DNA of 32,000 nucleotides from an uncultured Erysipelotrichaceae bacterium (GCA_942492995.1 OW818653.1:300001-332000), one strand, 5' to 3'. Shown: positions 17,373 to 26,489, counted from the stretch's first letter. A program made the numbers and translations. Notes: generated by a model from the letters alone, not told the origin.

Positions 17373-18338
17373 ATGCGAAAATTTATCATTGATACAGATA
17401 CAGGGAGTGATGATGCGATAGCACTTATCATGGCTTTAAGTGACCCTAATTGTGAAGTATGCGCAATCACAACAGTTATGGGAAATGTTTCGCTTGAATT
17501 GGCGACACGAAACGCAAGAATTGCGATGGAAATAGCAGAACAACGAGATATTCCAATCTATCAAGGACTACATCGTCCGCTTGTGAGAACCATTCTCAAT
17601 GCGACACATGTTCATGGAACGGATGGATTAAGCCATGTAAAAGTGGAAGAACCAACCATAAAAGTTCAAGAAAAACATGCCGTAGACGCAATTATTGAAT
17701 GGGTTGATAAACTAAAAAATGAATGTGAAGTTATTATGTTAGGTCCTTTAACAAATCTTGCGTTGGCAATTAGAAAAGCACCTGAAGTTATGAAACAAAT
17801 TAAACATGTCTATATCATGGGTGGAGCACAACTTGGCTATGCAGGTGAAACAGAAGTTGCGGAGTTTAACATACTTGCGGATCCAGAAGCTGCACATATT
17901 GTGTTTAGATCTGGGTTAAATATGACGATGGTACCACTTGAAGTTTGTTTAAATGGTGATGGCAGAGATGGAGCTGAAACAGTATTATCACTTGATGATG
18001 TGAATAAGTTATTATCAATTAACACAAAGAAGGCAAAGTTCTGTGTTGATTGTTCCACAAGTTTAGTGGAATACCACAAACAATTATTGGGGGATTTTGG
18101 ATTAGAACTACCAGATCCAACGACGATTGCAGTCGCATTAAGACCAGAATTGATTTTACATCGCTATAAAGCACAAGTAGATGTAGATTTATCCAATTCA
18201 TTATCCTATGGTCAAACGGTTGTGAATACTAAAGGTGGAACAGTTCTAGAACATCAAATTTATCAAGCAAATATGGACATTATTACTGCGATTGATGGTA
18301 AAGGTTTTAAAGAATACCTAATGGAGTGTGTAAAATAA
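17373..18338 (+). CDS. Nucleoside hydrolase (IUNH family), paralog 1
   Basis: N-terminal metal-binding signature IIDTDTGSDDAIAL. AGGAG RBS before ATG 17373 (the ORF-track start 17358 is less likely). ~321 aa. Confidence 0.85.
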   Translation: MRKFIIDTDTGSDDAIALIMALSDPNCEVCAITTVMGNVSLELATRNARIAMEIAEQRDIPIYQGLHRPLVRTILNATHVHGTDGLSHVKVEEPTIKVQEKHAVDAIIEWVDKLKNECEVIMLGPLTNLALAIRKAPEVMKQIKHVYIMGGAQLGYAGETEVAEFNILADPEAAHIVFRSGLNMTMVPLEVCLNGDGRDGAETVLSLDDVNKLLSINTKKAKFCVDCSTSLVEYHKQLLGDFGLELPDPTTIAVALRPELILHRYKAQVDVDLSNSLSYGQTVVNTKGGTVLEHQIYQANMDIITAIDGKGFKEYLMECVK

Positions 18339-19270
18339 TGGAAAAAAGAAACTTTATTATTGATACCGATACTGCATCAGACGATGCGGTCGCTATCGTT
18401 ATGGCACTTAGAAGTGAATCAATCCATATTGAAGCTATTACATGTACGGCCGGTAATTTATCACTATCTAAAACAACCCGTAATGCGCGGTTATCAGTTG
18501 AATTTGCGAATACCTATGTTCCACATATCTATGCTGGGGCAGATCGTCCACTTGTTCGAGATTTAGTTGTCGGTGAGAATGTTCATGGTAAAGATGGACT
18601 GGGTGATATGAATTATCTTGAACCGATGGTATCACTAGATACAGGTCATGCGGTCGATATTATCCTTGATTACGCTAGAAATTATCGAAATATCGGATTA
18701 ATCACAATTGGTCCTCTTACAAATGTCGCAATGGCAATCTTACAAGATCCAAAAGCGATGTTAAACATCAGAGAAATCATCGCAATGGGTGGTCAATATA
18801 AAATGACAAACGGTTGTACAGCGAATGCCGAATTTAACATTTGGGTTGATGGTGAAGCAGCTAAAATTGTACTTGAAAGTGGTATTCCAATAACCTTGGT
18901 CCCATTAGATATGTGTTATGGAGAAGCAGAGATTAATGAAGACGATCGTTCTTATCTAAAATCACTTAAAACGAATCGAGGACATTTCTTCGTTGATTGT
19001 AATCGAAGATTACTTGAATATAATCTCAGAAGTTATAATAAAAACATTATTTCGATGCCAGATCCAACTGCTATGGCAATAGCGATTGATCCAAGCATTA
19101 TTCTTGAATCTAAAGATTTATATACTAGAATTGAACTATATAGCACATTAAGTTATGGTCAATTAATCTATGATTATATGAACATACATAAACAAAAACC
19201 AAATGTAAGACTTGTCACTAAAATTGATGTAAAGAAATTTAAAGAACTTGTGTTTAAATCAGCACAATAG
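18338..19270 (+). CDS. Nucleoside hydrolase (IUNH family), paralog 2
   Basis: IIDTDTASDDAVAIV signature. The ATG overlaps the paralog 1 stop (TAATG at 18336-18340). By eye roughly 35-40 percent identical to paralog 1. Confidence 0.85.
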   Translation: MEKRNFIIDTDTASDDAVAIVMALRSESIHIEAITCTAGNLSLSKTTRNARLSVEFANTYVPHIYAGADRPLVRDLVVGENVHGKDGLGDMNYLEPMVSLDTGHAVDIILDYARNYRNIGLITIGPLTNVAMAILQDPKAMLNIREIIAMGGQYKMTNGCTANAEFNIWVDGEAAKIVLESGIPITLVPLDMCYGEAEINEDDRSYLKSLKTNRGHFFVDCNRRLLEYNLRSYNKNIISMPDPTAMAIAIDPSIILESKDLYTRIELYSTLSYGQLIYDYMNIHKQKPNVRLVTKIDVKKFKELVFKSAQ

Positions 19271-19278
19271 GAGGCAAT

Positions 19279-19686
19279 ATGATTACACCATTCCTAAACT
19301 TCCATGGTAAATGTGAAGAAGCAGTTCGTTATTATCAAACTGTATTCGGATTTGAGGACCCTAAATTCCTGAAATTTGGAATGGCTCCTCTGCGAGGCTT
19401 TGATGTGTATAAAGACTATGATGATAAAATCATGTTCACATTCTTTGTGGTTGCGAATACTCAAGTGATGGCATGTGATTATTATCCCGGTTTAGAATCT
19501 ATTCCTGGTCAATCTGCTAGTTTGAATATTATTCATGAAAGTGAAGAGGATATTCGAAAGTGGTTTGAATTACTATCAATGGATGGAAAAAGAGGTATGG
19601 AACTTCAAGAAACAGCTTGGGCACCACTCTATGCGTCATGTATTGATAAATATGGAATCGTATGGCAGTTTAGTTGGAATAAATAA
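19279..19686 (+). CDS. VOC/glyoxalase-fold protein, PhnB-like
   Basis: MITPFLNFHGKCEEAVRYYQTVFG start and C-terminal KYGIVWQF are typical of PhnB-like (3-demethylubiquinone methyltransferase-like fold) proteins. GGAGG RBS. Confidence 0.7.
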   Translation: MITPFLNFHGKCEEAVRYYQTVFGFEDPKFLKFGMAPLRGFDVYKDYDDKIMFTFFVVANTQVMACDYYPGLESIPGQSASLNIIHESEEDIRKWFELLSMDGKRGMELQETAWAPLYASCIDKYGIVWQFSWNK

Positions 19687-19707
19687 AAAACGACGGAAGT
19701 CGTTTTT
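19686..19707. terminator. Bidirectional intrinsic terminator
   Basis: AAAAACGAC-GGAA-GTCGTTTTT palindrome between convergent genes, with an A-run and a T-run on either side. Confidence 0.7.
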
Positions 19708-20269
19708 ATGCGAATAAATGTGTAAGTAGAATTCTAAGTCCCATAATCACAAGCACTAATCCACCAAATATCTCAGCTTTATGATCTAACCATAAAGCAC
19801 TTTTCTTACCAATCAATACACCTAAACTCGATAATACGAACGTTATAAGTCCGATTATAAGGGATGTTTTAATAATTGATTGATCATGAAATGAGAAACT
19901 AACGCCAACGGCCAATGCGTCAATACTTGTCGCAATTGATATATATAATAATGTTTTTAATGATAATTTTGGTTCTATTTCGCAATTAATCGCATCTGTT
20001 TTTAATCCATCTATAATCATTTTTACACCGATGATTGATAATAGGATAAATGAGATCCAATGATCATAATCAACAATATATTGATTAAATCCGCGGCCTA
20101 ATGTATACCCTAACCAAATCATAAACCCTTGGAAGAATCCAAATGATAAACCAATGATGAGTGAGATTCGAGTTCTAGAATCTTTTGTACATAAACCTTT
20201 AACTAATGCGACGGTAAAGGCATCCATAGAAACACCAATTCCAACGAGTAAGATACTTGATAATTCCAT
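19706..20269 (-). CDS. mntP: Manganese efflux pump MntP
   Basis: ATG 20269 with AAGAGG RBS (the longer ORF-track start 20320 is unlikely). Two repeats with the conserved acidic motif (GIGVSMDAFTVA and ATSIDALAVGVS). ~187 aa, 6 TM helices. Confidence 0.85.
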   Translation of the reverse strand: MELSSILLVGIGVSMDAFTVALVKGLCTKDSRTRISLIIGLSFGFFQGFMIWLGYTLGRGFNQYIVDYDHWISFILLSIIGVKMIIDGLKTDAINCEIEPKLSLKTLLYISIATSIDALAVGVSFSFHDQSIIKTSLIIGLITFVLSSLGVLIGKKSALWLDHKAEIFGGLVLVIMGLRILLTHLFA

Positions 20270-20323
20270 AGAGACCTCTTTAAAGTGGATTGTCATTATA
20301 TATGACGATTGTAAAGCCACTTA

Positions 20324-20352
20324 ATTTTAATTAATCCAAAAGTTACTGTCAA
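20324..20352 (-). promoter_or_regulatory. Sigma-A promoter of mntP
   Basis: On the minus strand: TTGACA (20352-20347), 17-nt spacer, TAAAAT (20329-20324). Confidence 0.5.
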
Positions 20353-20424
20353 GCATGAAAGGGAAATGCTAGCTTAATAATGTGTTTGACTCTATAATAA
20401 AATTAATATAAATGGGAGGATTTT

Positions 20425-21951
20425 ATGAGTCAGTCCGTAGAATTAATCATTGGTCAAGGTAAGGATAAAATAATATTACATTCAAAAATGGCGAATCGTC
20501 ATGGTTTGATTGCGGGTGCTACTGGGACAGGTAAAACAATTTCATTAAAAGTACTTGCGGAACAATTCAGTGAACAAGGCATTCCTGTATTTCTTGCGGA
20601 TGTAAAAGGTGATTTAGCATCTCTTGCAGAAAAGGGTGTAGAAAATCCAAAGTTACTTGAAAGAATTAACAATTTAGGTTTAACACCATTTGAGTTTAAA
20701 GACTATCCTGTTCGCTTATGGGATGTGTTTGGGGAATTAGGTCATCCACTTCGTACTACAGTATCCGAAATGGGTCCATTACTACTAACGCGTATATTAG
20801 AATTAAACGATACTCAAGCTGGTGTATTAAATATCGTGTTTAGAGTAGCGGATGAACAAGGATTATTGTTAATCGACTTAAAAGATTTACGTGCAATGAT
20901 TCAACATGTAGGTGATCATGCGGATGAATACACAACTCAATATGGGAATGTGTCTAAGACATCCATTGGCGCAATACAACGATCATTATTAACACTAGAA
21001 GATCAAGGTGGTAATAATTTCTTTGCGGAACCGGCGTTTGAGATATTAGATTTAATGAAAGTTGATTCGTATGGCAGAGGAACAATTAATGTCTTAGCAT
21101 CAGAAAAGCTAATGATGTCGCCAACACTCTATTCAACATTCCTTTTATGGTTATTATCTGAATTGTTTGAAGAACTTCCAGAAGTAGGGGATATCGATAA
21201 ACCTAAACTCGTATTCTTCTTCGATGAAGCACATTTATTATTCTCAGATGCCCCTAAGGCACTACTTGATAAGATTGAGTTAGTTGTACGATTAATTCGG
21301 TCAAAAGGTGTTGGGGTCTATTTCGTAACCCAAAATCCAATTGATATTCCGGATAAAGTATTAGGTCAATTAGGTAATCGTATTCAACATGCAATTCGAG
21401 CATTTACACCTAAGGAACAAAAAGCAATTACCGCAATGGCAGAGACGTTCAGACAAAATCCAGAAATCGATATTCCTACTGTTATAACTGAGCTAAAAAC
21501 AGGTGAAGCACTGGTATCGATGTTGGATTTAGAAGGTAGACCTGAAATCGTTCAACGTGCAATGATTTATCCTCCACATAGTTTGATTGGGACACTTACA
21601 CCTTTAAGACGTACTGATTTAATTGAGAATTCTCCATTTCATTTTAAATATCATCAAATTATTGATAAAGAATCTGCTTTTGAAATGTTAAAGAATAAGA
21701 TTGAAACTCAAACAATTGCTCATCAAACGAATGTAGAATCTAAGCAACTTGAGAAAGAAAGAAGACAAGCTGAAATTGATGAATTAAAACTTCAAAGAGA
21801 AAGAGCTAAAACTGAAAGAGAAATTGCGAAAGCAAAAGAAAAGAGTGCTAATCAAGTCCAAAGAATGGCGAAATCATTCTTAGGTACAATGAGTAGCTCA
21901 ATTGGACGTGAAATTGCGCGTGGAGTGTTCGGTTCACTACTAAAACGATAA
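20425..21951 (+). CDS. yjgR: DUF853-family (YjgR-like, HerA-like) P-loop ATPase
   Basis: Walker A GATGTGKT, Walker B LVFFFDEAH, and a lysine/glutamate-rich coiled C-terminal tail. GGGAGG RBS. Confidence 0.75.
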   Translation: MSQSVELIIGQGKDKIILHSKMANRHGLIAGATGTGKTISLKVLAEQFSEQGIPVFLADVKGDLASLAEKGVENPKLLERINNLGLTPFEFKDYPVRLWDVFGELGHPLRTTVSEMGPLLLTRILELNDTQAGVLNIVFRVADEQGLLLIDLKDLRAMIQHVGDHADEYTTQYGNVSKTSIGAIQRSLLTLEDQGGNNFFAEPAFEILDLMKVDSYGRGTINVLASEKLMMSPTLYSTFLLWLLSELFEELPEVGDIDKPKLVFFFDEAHLLFSDAPKALLDKIELVVRLIRSKGVGVYFVTQNPIDIPDKVLGQLGNRIQHAIRAFTPKEQKAITAMAETFRQNPEIDIPTVITELKTGEALVSMLDLEGRPEIVQRAMIYPPHSLIGTLTPLRRTDLIENSPFHFKYHQIIDKESAFEMLKNKIETQTIAHQTNVESKQLEKERRQAEIDELKLQRERAKTEREIAKAKEKSANQVQRMAKSFLGTMSSSIGREIARGVFGSLLKR

Positions 21952-21971
21952 GTTAATATAGACCGAATATC

Positions 21972-22000
21972 TTGATAATACTTACAGCTTTTGGTATAAT
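21972..22000 (+). promoter_or_regulatory. Sigma-A promoter of the riboswitch-ATPase transcript
   Basis: TTGATA (21972-21977), 17-nt spacer, TATAAT (21995-22000). Confidence 0.55.
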
Positions 22001-22006
22001 CACAAC

Positions 22007-22121
22007 GTTAAAGGGAGTAGATGCCCACTGGGAGATTCGTTCCGTCAATACGATGCTAAAACATCCGGACCTATCATAACTTTCAAGACTTTAGCAATAA
22101 AAGGCTAGAGTCTTTTATTTT
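22007..22121 (+). promoter_or_regulatory. yybP-ykoY (Mn2+) riboswitch with terminator expression platform
   Basis: The conserved 5' element is AAAGGGAGUAG (22011-22020). GUCAAUACG-[GAUG/CAUC hairpin]-CGG (22055-22078) parallels L. lactis GUCAAUUCG-[hairpin]-CGG. CAAGAC is at 22084-22089. P1 is GUUAAAG (22007-22013) / CUUUAGC (22089-22095). The P1 3' strand is also the 5' arm of the terminator AAGACTTTAGC / GCTAGAGTCTT (22085-22095 / 22104-22114), followed by TTTTATTTT. Confidence 0.65.
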
Positions 22122-22134
22122 GTAAAGGAGCAAA

Positions 22135-24723
22135 ATGGAATCAGAAAAGAAATGGTATCAAAAGAGTTTAGAATCTATTACAAGTGAATATAATCAAAAT
22201 GGTTTAACCGATGAACAAGTTATTGCGAATCGTGAAACGTACGGTTTGAATAAGTTGGATGAAGGTAAAAAAGTTAGCCTTTGGATGTTGTTTCTAAATC
22301 AGTTTAATAATTCGATGATAATTATTTTGATTATCGCATCCGTAATATCATTCTTTTTAGATGAAAAAGCAGATGCGATGATAATACTTGCGATCGTGCT
22401 ATTAAATGCGATATTAGGTGTTCTACAAGAAGATAAAGCAGAAAAGGCATTAGCTGCACTCAAAGAAATGGCTGCGCCAATGACCAAAGTAAAACGAAAT
22501 GGTCAAGAACTGGTTATCGATTCCAAGGATGTTGTAATGTTTGATGTAGTAATACTGGATGCGGGAGACCAAGTTTCAGCTGATTTACGTTTAATAAAAT
22601 CATCAAGTTGTCAGATCCAAGAATCATCTTTAACGGGTGAATCTGTTCCTGTTGATAAAGATGCTCAACTTGAAATAAGTGATGTTGTATCACTTGGTGA
22701 TCGTAAAAACATGGCTTATGCTTCATCAAGCGTAACCTATGGACGAGCTACGGGACTTGTCGTCGGAGTTGGGATGAATACAGAAGTTGGTAAAATCGCA
22801 AATTTACTAACATCTAATAAAAAAGAAAGTACACCTCTTGAGCAGAAATTAGACCAATTAGGTAAAATTCTAGGGATAGGGGCATTGATATCTGTCGTGA
22901 TAATATTTGGGATTGGTGTATTGAATGGTAAACCACTACTCGAATTATTTATGAGTTCTGTTTCATTGGCAGTTGCGGTTATACCTGAAAGTTTACCTGC
23001 CGTTGCGACAATTGTAATGGCGATGGGTGTACAACGTTTAGCGAAGCGTAATGCGATTATTCGTAATCTATCCAGTGTTGAAACATTGGGTGGCGCAACG
23101 GTTATATGTTCCGATAAAACCGGTACATTAACACAAAATAAAATGACTGTAACAGATTATTGGTTACTAAACGATGATAATCGCGAAGATTTACTTAAAG
23201 CCGCAAGTCTTTGTAATGATGCACGATTAATTGATAATAAATGGGTTGGAGATCCAACAGAAACCGCATTAACTGAATGGGCAGTTAAATTAGGATTAGA
23301 TTTTGATCATACATCGAAAAACTACCCACGTGTTGCAGAAGTTCCATTTGAGTCAAATCGTAAGCGTATGACTACAGTTCATTCACATCATGAACATTTC
23401 ACTGTGTTTGTGAAGGGTGGAGTGGATGAAGTACTAACAAAAGTTACGCATATCTTAGAAGGTAAAACAATTCGTGAAATTACAGATAATGATATAAGTC
23501 AAATTCAGACACAGAATCACCAAATGGGTTCTCAGGCATTACGTGTACTCGCTTATGCTAAACGTAGATTAACTGAGAATATTAAAGATGGTGATCAAAG
23601 TGTAGAAGCTCATTTATGCTTCATTGGGTTAACAGGGATGATTGATCCGCCACGAGAAGAAGTTAAATTAGCGATTGCGGAATGTAGAAGTGCAGGCATT
23701 CGACCAATCATGATTACTGGCGATCATAAAACTACTGCAGAGGCAATTGGTCTTCAAATTGGATTAATGTTGCCGGGTGATAAGGTTGTGACTGGGAATG
23801 AATTAGATTTAATGAGTGATGATGATCTATTCAATGATGTTAAGAATATAGCAGTATATGCACGTGTATCCCCTGAACATAAAATGCGTATCATTGACGC
23901 ATGGAAGAAACATGGTGAAGTTGTTGCGATGACTGGTGATGGTGTTAATGATGCTCCGGCACTTAAGAAATCTGACATTGGAGCCGCGATGGGCGTTGTT
24001 GGGACTGAAGTTGCGAAAGGCGCTGCAGATATGGTTTTAGCGGATGACAATTTTGCGACAGTAGTTCATGCGGTAGAAGAGGGTCGTCGTATTCGTGATA
24101 ATATCACAAAAGCAATCTCATACTTATTATCATGTAATGTTGGAGAATTGTTCACCTTACTGGTTGCGAGCTTAATGAACTGGGCTACACCTTTATTACC
24201 AATTCATATTTTATGGATTAATCTTGTAACAGATAGTCTTCCAGCTTTAGCGCTAGGAGTTGATCCTGCTGAAGAAGGGATTATGAAACGCTTACCAAAT
24301 CGGGATAAAGGCTTACTTAATCGTTCTATGATTTATCGAATCTCATATCAAGGTATATTAATTGGCGTACTTACCTTAATCGCTTTCTCATATGGGTATG
24401 GTTGGTTAGGTAAAGAAGGTAGTCTTGCTCAAGGTCAAACAATGGCATTTATCGTCTTAGCGTTTAGTCAATTAGTACATTCGTATAATATACATTCATT
24501 TAAAATATCTGTATTCAAATCATTCTTCAAAAATATCTGGTTAATTCTTGCGACATTTGTAAACGCATTAATGATGTTAGCTGTATTATTTATTCCACCT
24601 GTACGTGATTTATTCAAGCTAGTTACACTTGATCTACATCATTGGGAAGTTGTAATTCTACTAATGTTTATTCCACTTGTTGTTGTTGAGTTTATGAAGT
24701 TATTTAAGTTAAATGGTAAATAA
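22135..24723 (+). CDS. P2-type cation-translocating P-type ATPase (Ca2+/Mn2+ exporter-like)
   Basis: 862 aa. TGES, the phosphorylation site CSDKTGTLT, MITGDH, GDGVNDAPALK, and the TM4 and TM6 ion-site motifs IPESLP and NLVTDSLPA. AAAGGAG RBS. Confidence 0.9.
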   Translation: MESEKKWYQKSLESITSEYNQNGLTDEQVIANRETYGLNKLDEGKKVSLWMLFLNQFNNSMIIILIIASVISFFLDEKADAMIILAIVLLNAILGVLQEDKAEKALAALKEMAAPMTKVKRNGQELVIDSKDVVMFDVVILDAGDQVSADLRLIKSSSCQIQESSLTGESVPVDKDAQLEISDVVSLGDRKNMAYASSSVTYGRATGLVVGVGMNTEVGKIANLLTSNKKESTPLEQKLDQLGKILGIGALISVVIIFGIGVLNGKPLLELFMSSVSLAVAVIPESLPAVATIVMAMGVQRLAKRNAIIRNLSSVETLGGATVICSDKTGTLTQNKMTVTDYWLLNDDNREDLLKAASLCNDARLIDNKWVGDPTETALTEWAVKLGLDFDHTSKNYPRVAEVPFESNRKRMTTVHSHHEHFTVFVKGGVDEVLTKVTHILEGKTIREITDNDISQIQTQNHQMGSQALRVLAYAKRRLTENIKDGDQSVEAHLCFIGLTGMIDPPREEVKLAIAECRSAGIRPIMITGDHKTTAEAIGLQIGLMLPGDKVVTGNELDLMSDDDLFNDVKNIAVYARVSPEHKMRIIDAWKKHGEVVAMTGDGVNDAPALKKSDIGAAMGVVGTEVAKGAADMVLADDNFATVVHAVEEGRRIRDNITKAISYLLSCNVGELFTLLVASLMNWATPLLPIHILWINLVTDSLPALALGVDPAEEGIMKRLPNRDKGLLNRSMIYRISYQGILIGVLTLIAFSYGYGWLGKEGSLAQGQTMAFIVLAFSQLVHSYNIHSFKISVFKSFFKNIWLILATFVNALMMLAVLFIPPVRDLFKLVTLDLHHWEVVILLMFIPLVVVEFMKLFKLNGK

Positions 24724-24736
24724 TACACAATAAATT

Positions 24737-24780
24737 AAAAAAATAGTATTAATTCAAGTGAATTAGTACTATTTTTATTT
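24737..24780. terminator. Bidirectional intrinsic terminator
   Basis: ~14-bp stem AATAGTATTAATTCA / TGAATTAGTACTATT (24742-24756 / 24759-24773, one G-U pair), flanked by an A-run and TTTTATTT. Lies between convergent genes. Confidence 0.7.
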
Positions 24781-26221
24781 ATTCTTCGATTACTTCTTCA
24801 ACTGTATTTATTAATTTAAACTTATCCCTAACAACACCCAAACTATTTGTATCAATAACTGAATAATACAGTTCTTTCCCAAAACTAGGTGTATAGATCA
24901 TCGCATCATGTGTTTCAATTTCTAATCGTTCTGGCAATAATGAATCAATTCCATATTTTCCGAGTAATAAACTCGCATCATTATAATAGGTTACTAAACT
25001 ACCTGCACTTAGATTAGTTAGAACTGATTTTTGAACCGTATTTAGAAATCCACTGATTCTCCACCAAGAACTCGGTTTAGCTAGTTGTTTTAACATCGCA
25101 AGAATAAATTGTTCCTGATGATTACTACGTCCATAAACTCCATCGGCAAGTGTCTTACGATGTCTCAAATAAGCAAGTGCTTCTCTTCCATTTAAATTCT
25201 GTTTACCAGGTTGAATCACAATCATATTCTCGAAGCTTCTATTTTCATCTTGTTCTTCAATTAATTGATCAACTTCGATGGTAACGCCACCAATACTATT
25301 TACGACATCAATTAAACCTTCAAAATCAATTAGCATGTATTTATCTATCGTAATTCCTAAGAAGTTTGTAAGTGATTTAGTTAGACATTCTGCACCATAC
25401 CAACCAGTATGGGTAATCTTATCTTTTTTGTTTGTACATGTATTTGTAATATATGAATCACGAGGAATACTAATTAATGCGGATTCTTGTGTCTTGAAAT
25501 TATACGATACGACAATGATCACATCATAATTAAATCCAGAAGTAGAATTACCTTCAATTGGATTGTCACCACCAATTAATACTAAATTTAATATATCCTG
25601 ATGTTCATCAAATAAATTAGATTTTTCTTTCTTAATAACTTTATATTGTGTGAACATTAAACTTGTATCAATATCGAACCCTTCAATGTCATTAAAGGTC
25701 TTCTCATACCCACCAGGTAAAACAATAAGATCAACTTTCTTGTTTAACAAAGCCTTTATTGAATCAATGTATGAACCATATTCGACAAATTTCACGTCAA
25801 TCTCAACTTCTTCAATAATCGATTTAGGATAAATATACGCAACTTTAGAACTCTCATCTTTCAAAATCCCAATCTTCAAACCACTTAATTCTTCAACACT
25901 ATTAAATTTTGTGTCTGTTAATCCAACAAAATGAATTTCAAATACTTCCGTTTTAGTGCTTATACTTCGAATGAATCCAGAGAATAGGGAATTTGGTACC
26001 ATTATCAATAGAATCACAACTATTTTTACAATAGATTGTATCTTAGGCAATGATGGTTTATTCGTACGAAACAGATAGAAGTACGCTAATCCATCGAGTA
26101 ATAAAATTAATATTAAAAATATCCAGCGTATTGAACCTGGAATAATTGGCGCAAGAAATATGACAAGCGCTAAGACAATACTGAGTAAATAACTGATGTT
26201 TTTCCAATTTAATCGTTTCAT
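24779..26221 (-). CDS. LytR-CpsA-Psr (LCP) family protein with multi-TM N-terminus and extra extracytoplasmic domain
   Basis: ATG 26221 with GGAG 6 nt upstream (the ORF-track TTG at 26233 is less likely). LCP core LISIPRDSY...ITHTGWYG...IDKYMLIDFEGLIDVVNSIGGVTIEVD. Hydrophobic helices in the first ~90 aa. Confidence 0.75.
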   Translation of the reverse strand: MKRLNWKNISYLLSIVLALVIFLAPIIPGSIRWIFLILILLLDGLAYFYLFRTNKPSLPKIQSIVKIVVILLIMVPNSLFSGFIRSISTKTEVFEIHFVGLTDTKFNSVEELSGLKIGILKDESSKVAYIYPKSIIEEVEIDVKFVEYGSYIDSIKALLNKKVDLIVLPGGYEKTFNDIEGFDIDTSLMFTQYKVIKKEKSNLFDEHQDILNLVLIGGDNPIEGNSTSGFNYDVIIVVSYNFKTQESALISIPRDSYITNTCTNKKDKITHTGWYGAECLTKSLTNFLGITIDKYMLIDFEGLIDVVNSIGGVTIEVDQLIEEQDENRSFENMIVIQPGKQNLNGREALAYLRHRKTLADGVYGRSNHQEQFILAMLKQLAKPSSWWRISGFLNTVQKSVLTNLSAGSLVTYYNDASLLLGKYGIDSLLPERLEIETHDAMIYTPSFGKELYYSVIDTNSLGVVRDKFKLINTVEEVIEE

Positions 26222-26489
26222 TTTAAACTCCAATAAACAAGTAATTAAGATATCATTATTATGGTTATTTGTCCACTTATAATAGACAAAGACAAGAAAA
26301 TTTGATAATTTGTTAGTAAATAAACGTAGGTAGATTTATTAGAATGTGAAACTTTTGACACAATATCAAAAATATACCCTAGGTGGGTTTACGATATAGT
26401 ATGCATCTGTTATAATCTCAAAGAATAAAATAAGCGACGGTTTTTATAATAATGCCAAAGATCTTATAATTGAAATAGAAAAGGTGCCC

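Noticed and set aside
20270-20424. Expected yybP-ykoY Mn2+ riboswitch upstream of mntP (minus strand).
   Set aside because: The promoter leaves only ~48 nt of leader, and no GGGAGUAG, GUCAAU or CAAGAC elements are present on the minus strand. TTGACA there is the -35 box, not the riboswitch UUGACA element.
26222-26489. c-di-AMP (ydaO) riboswitch or other structured leader in the 268-bp spacer upstream of the LysM-M23 peptidase.
   Set aside because: I could see none of the conserved GC-rich ydaO elements or a pseudo-twofold helix arrangement. The region is explained by two divergent promoters (for example TTACGA-N16-TGTTATAAT).
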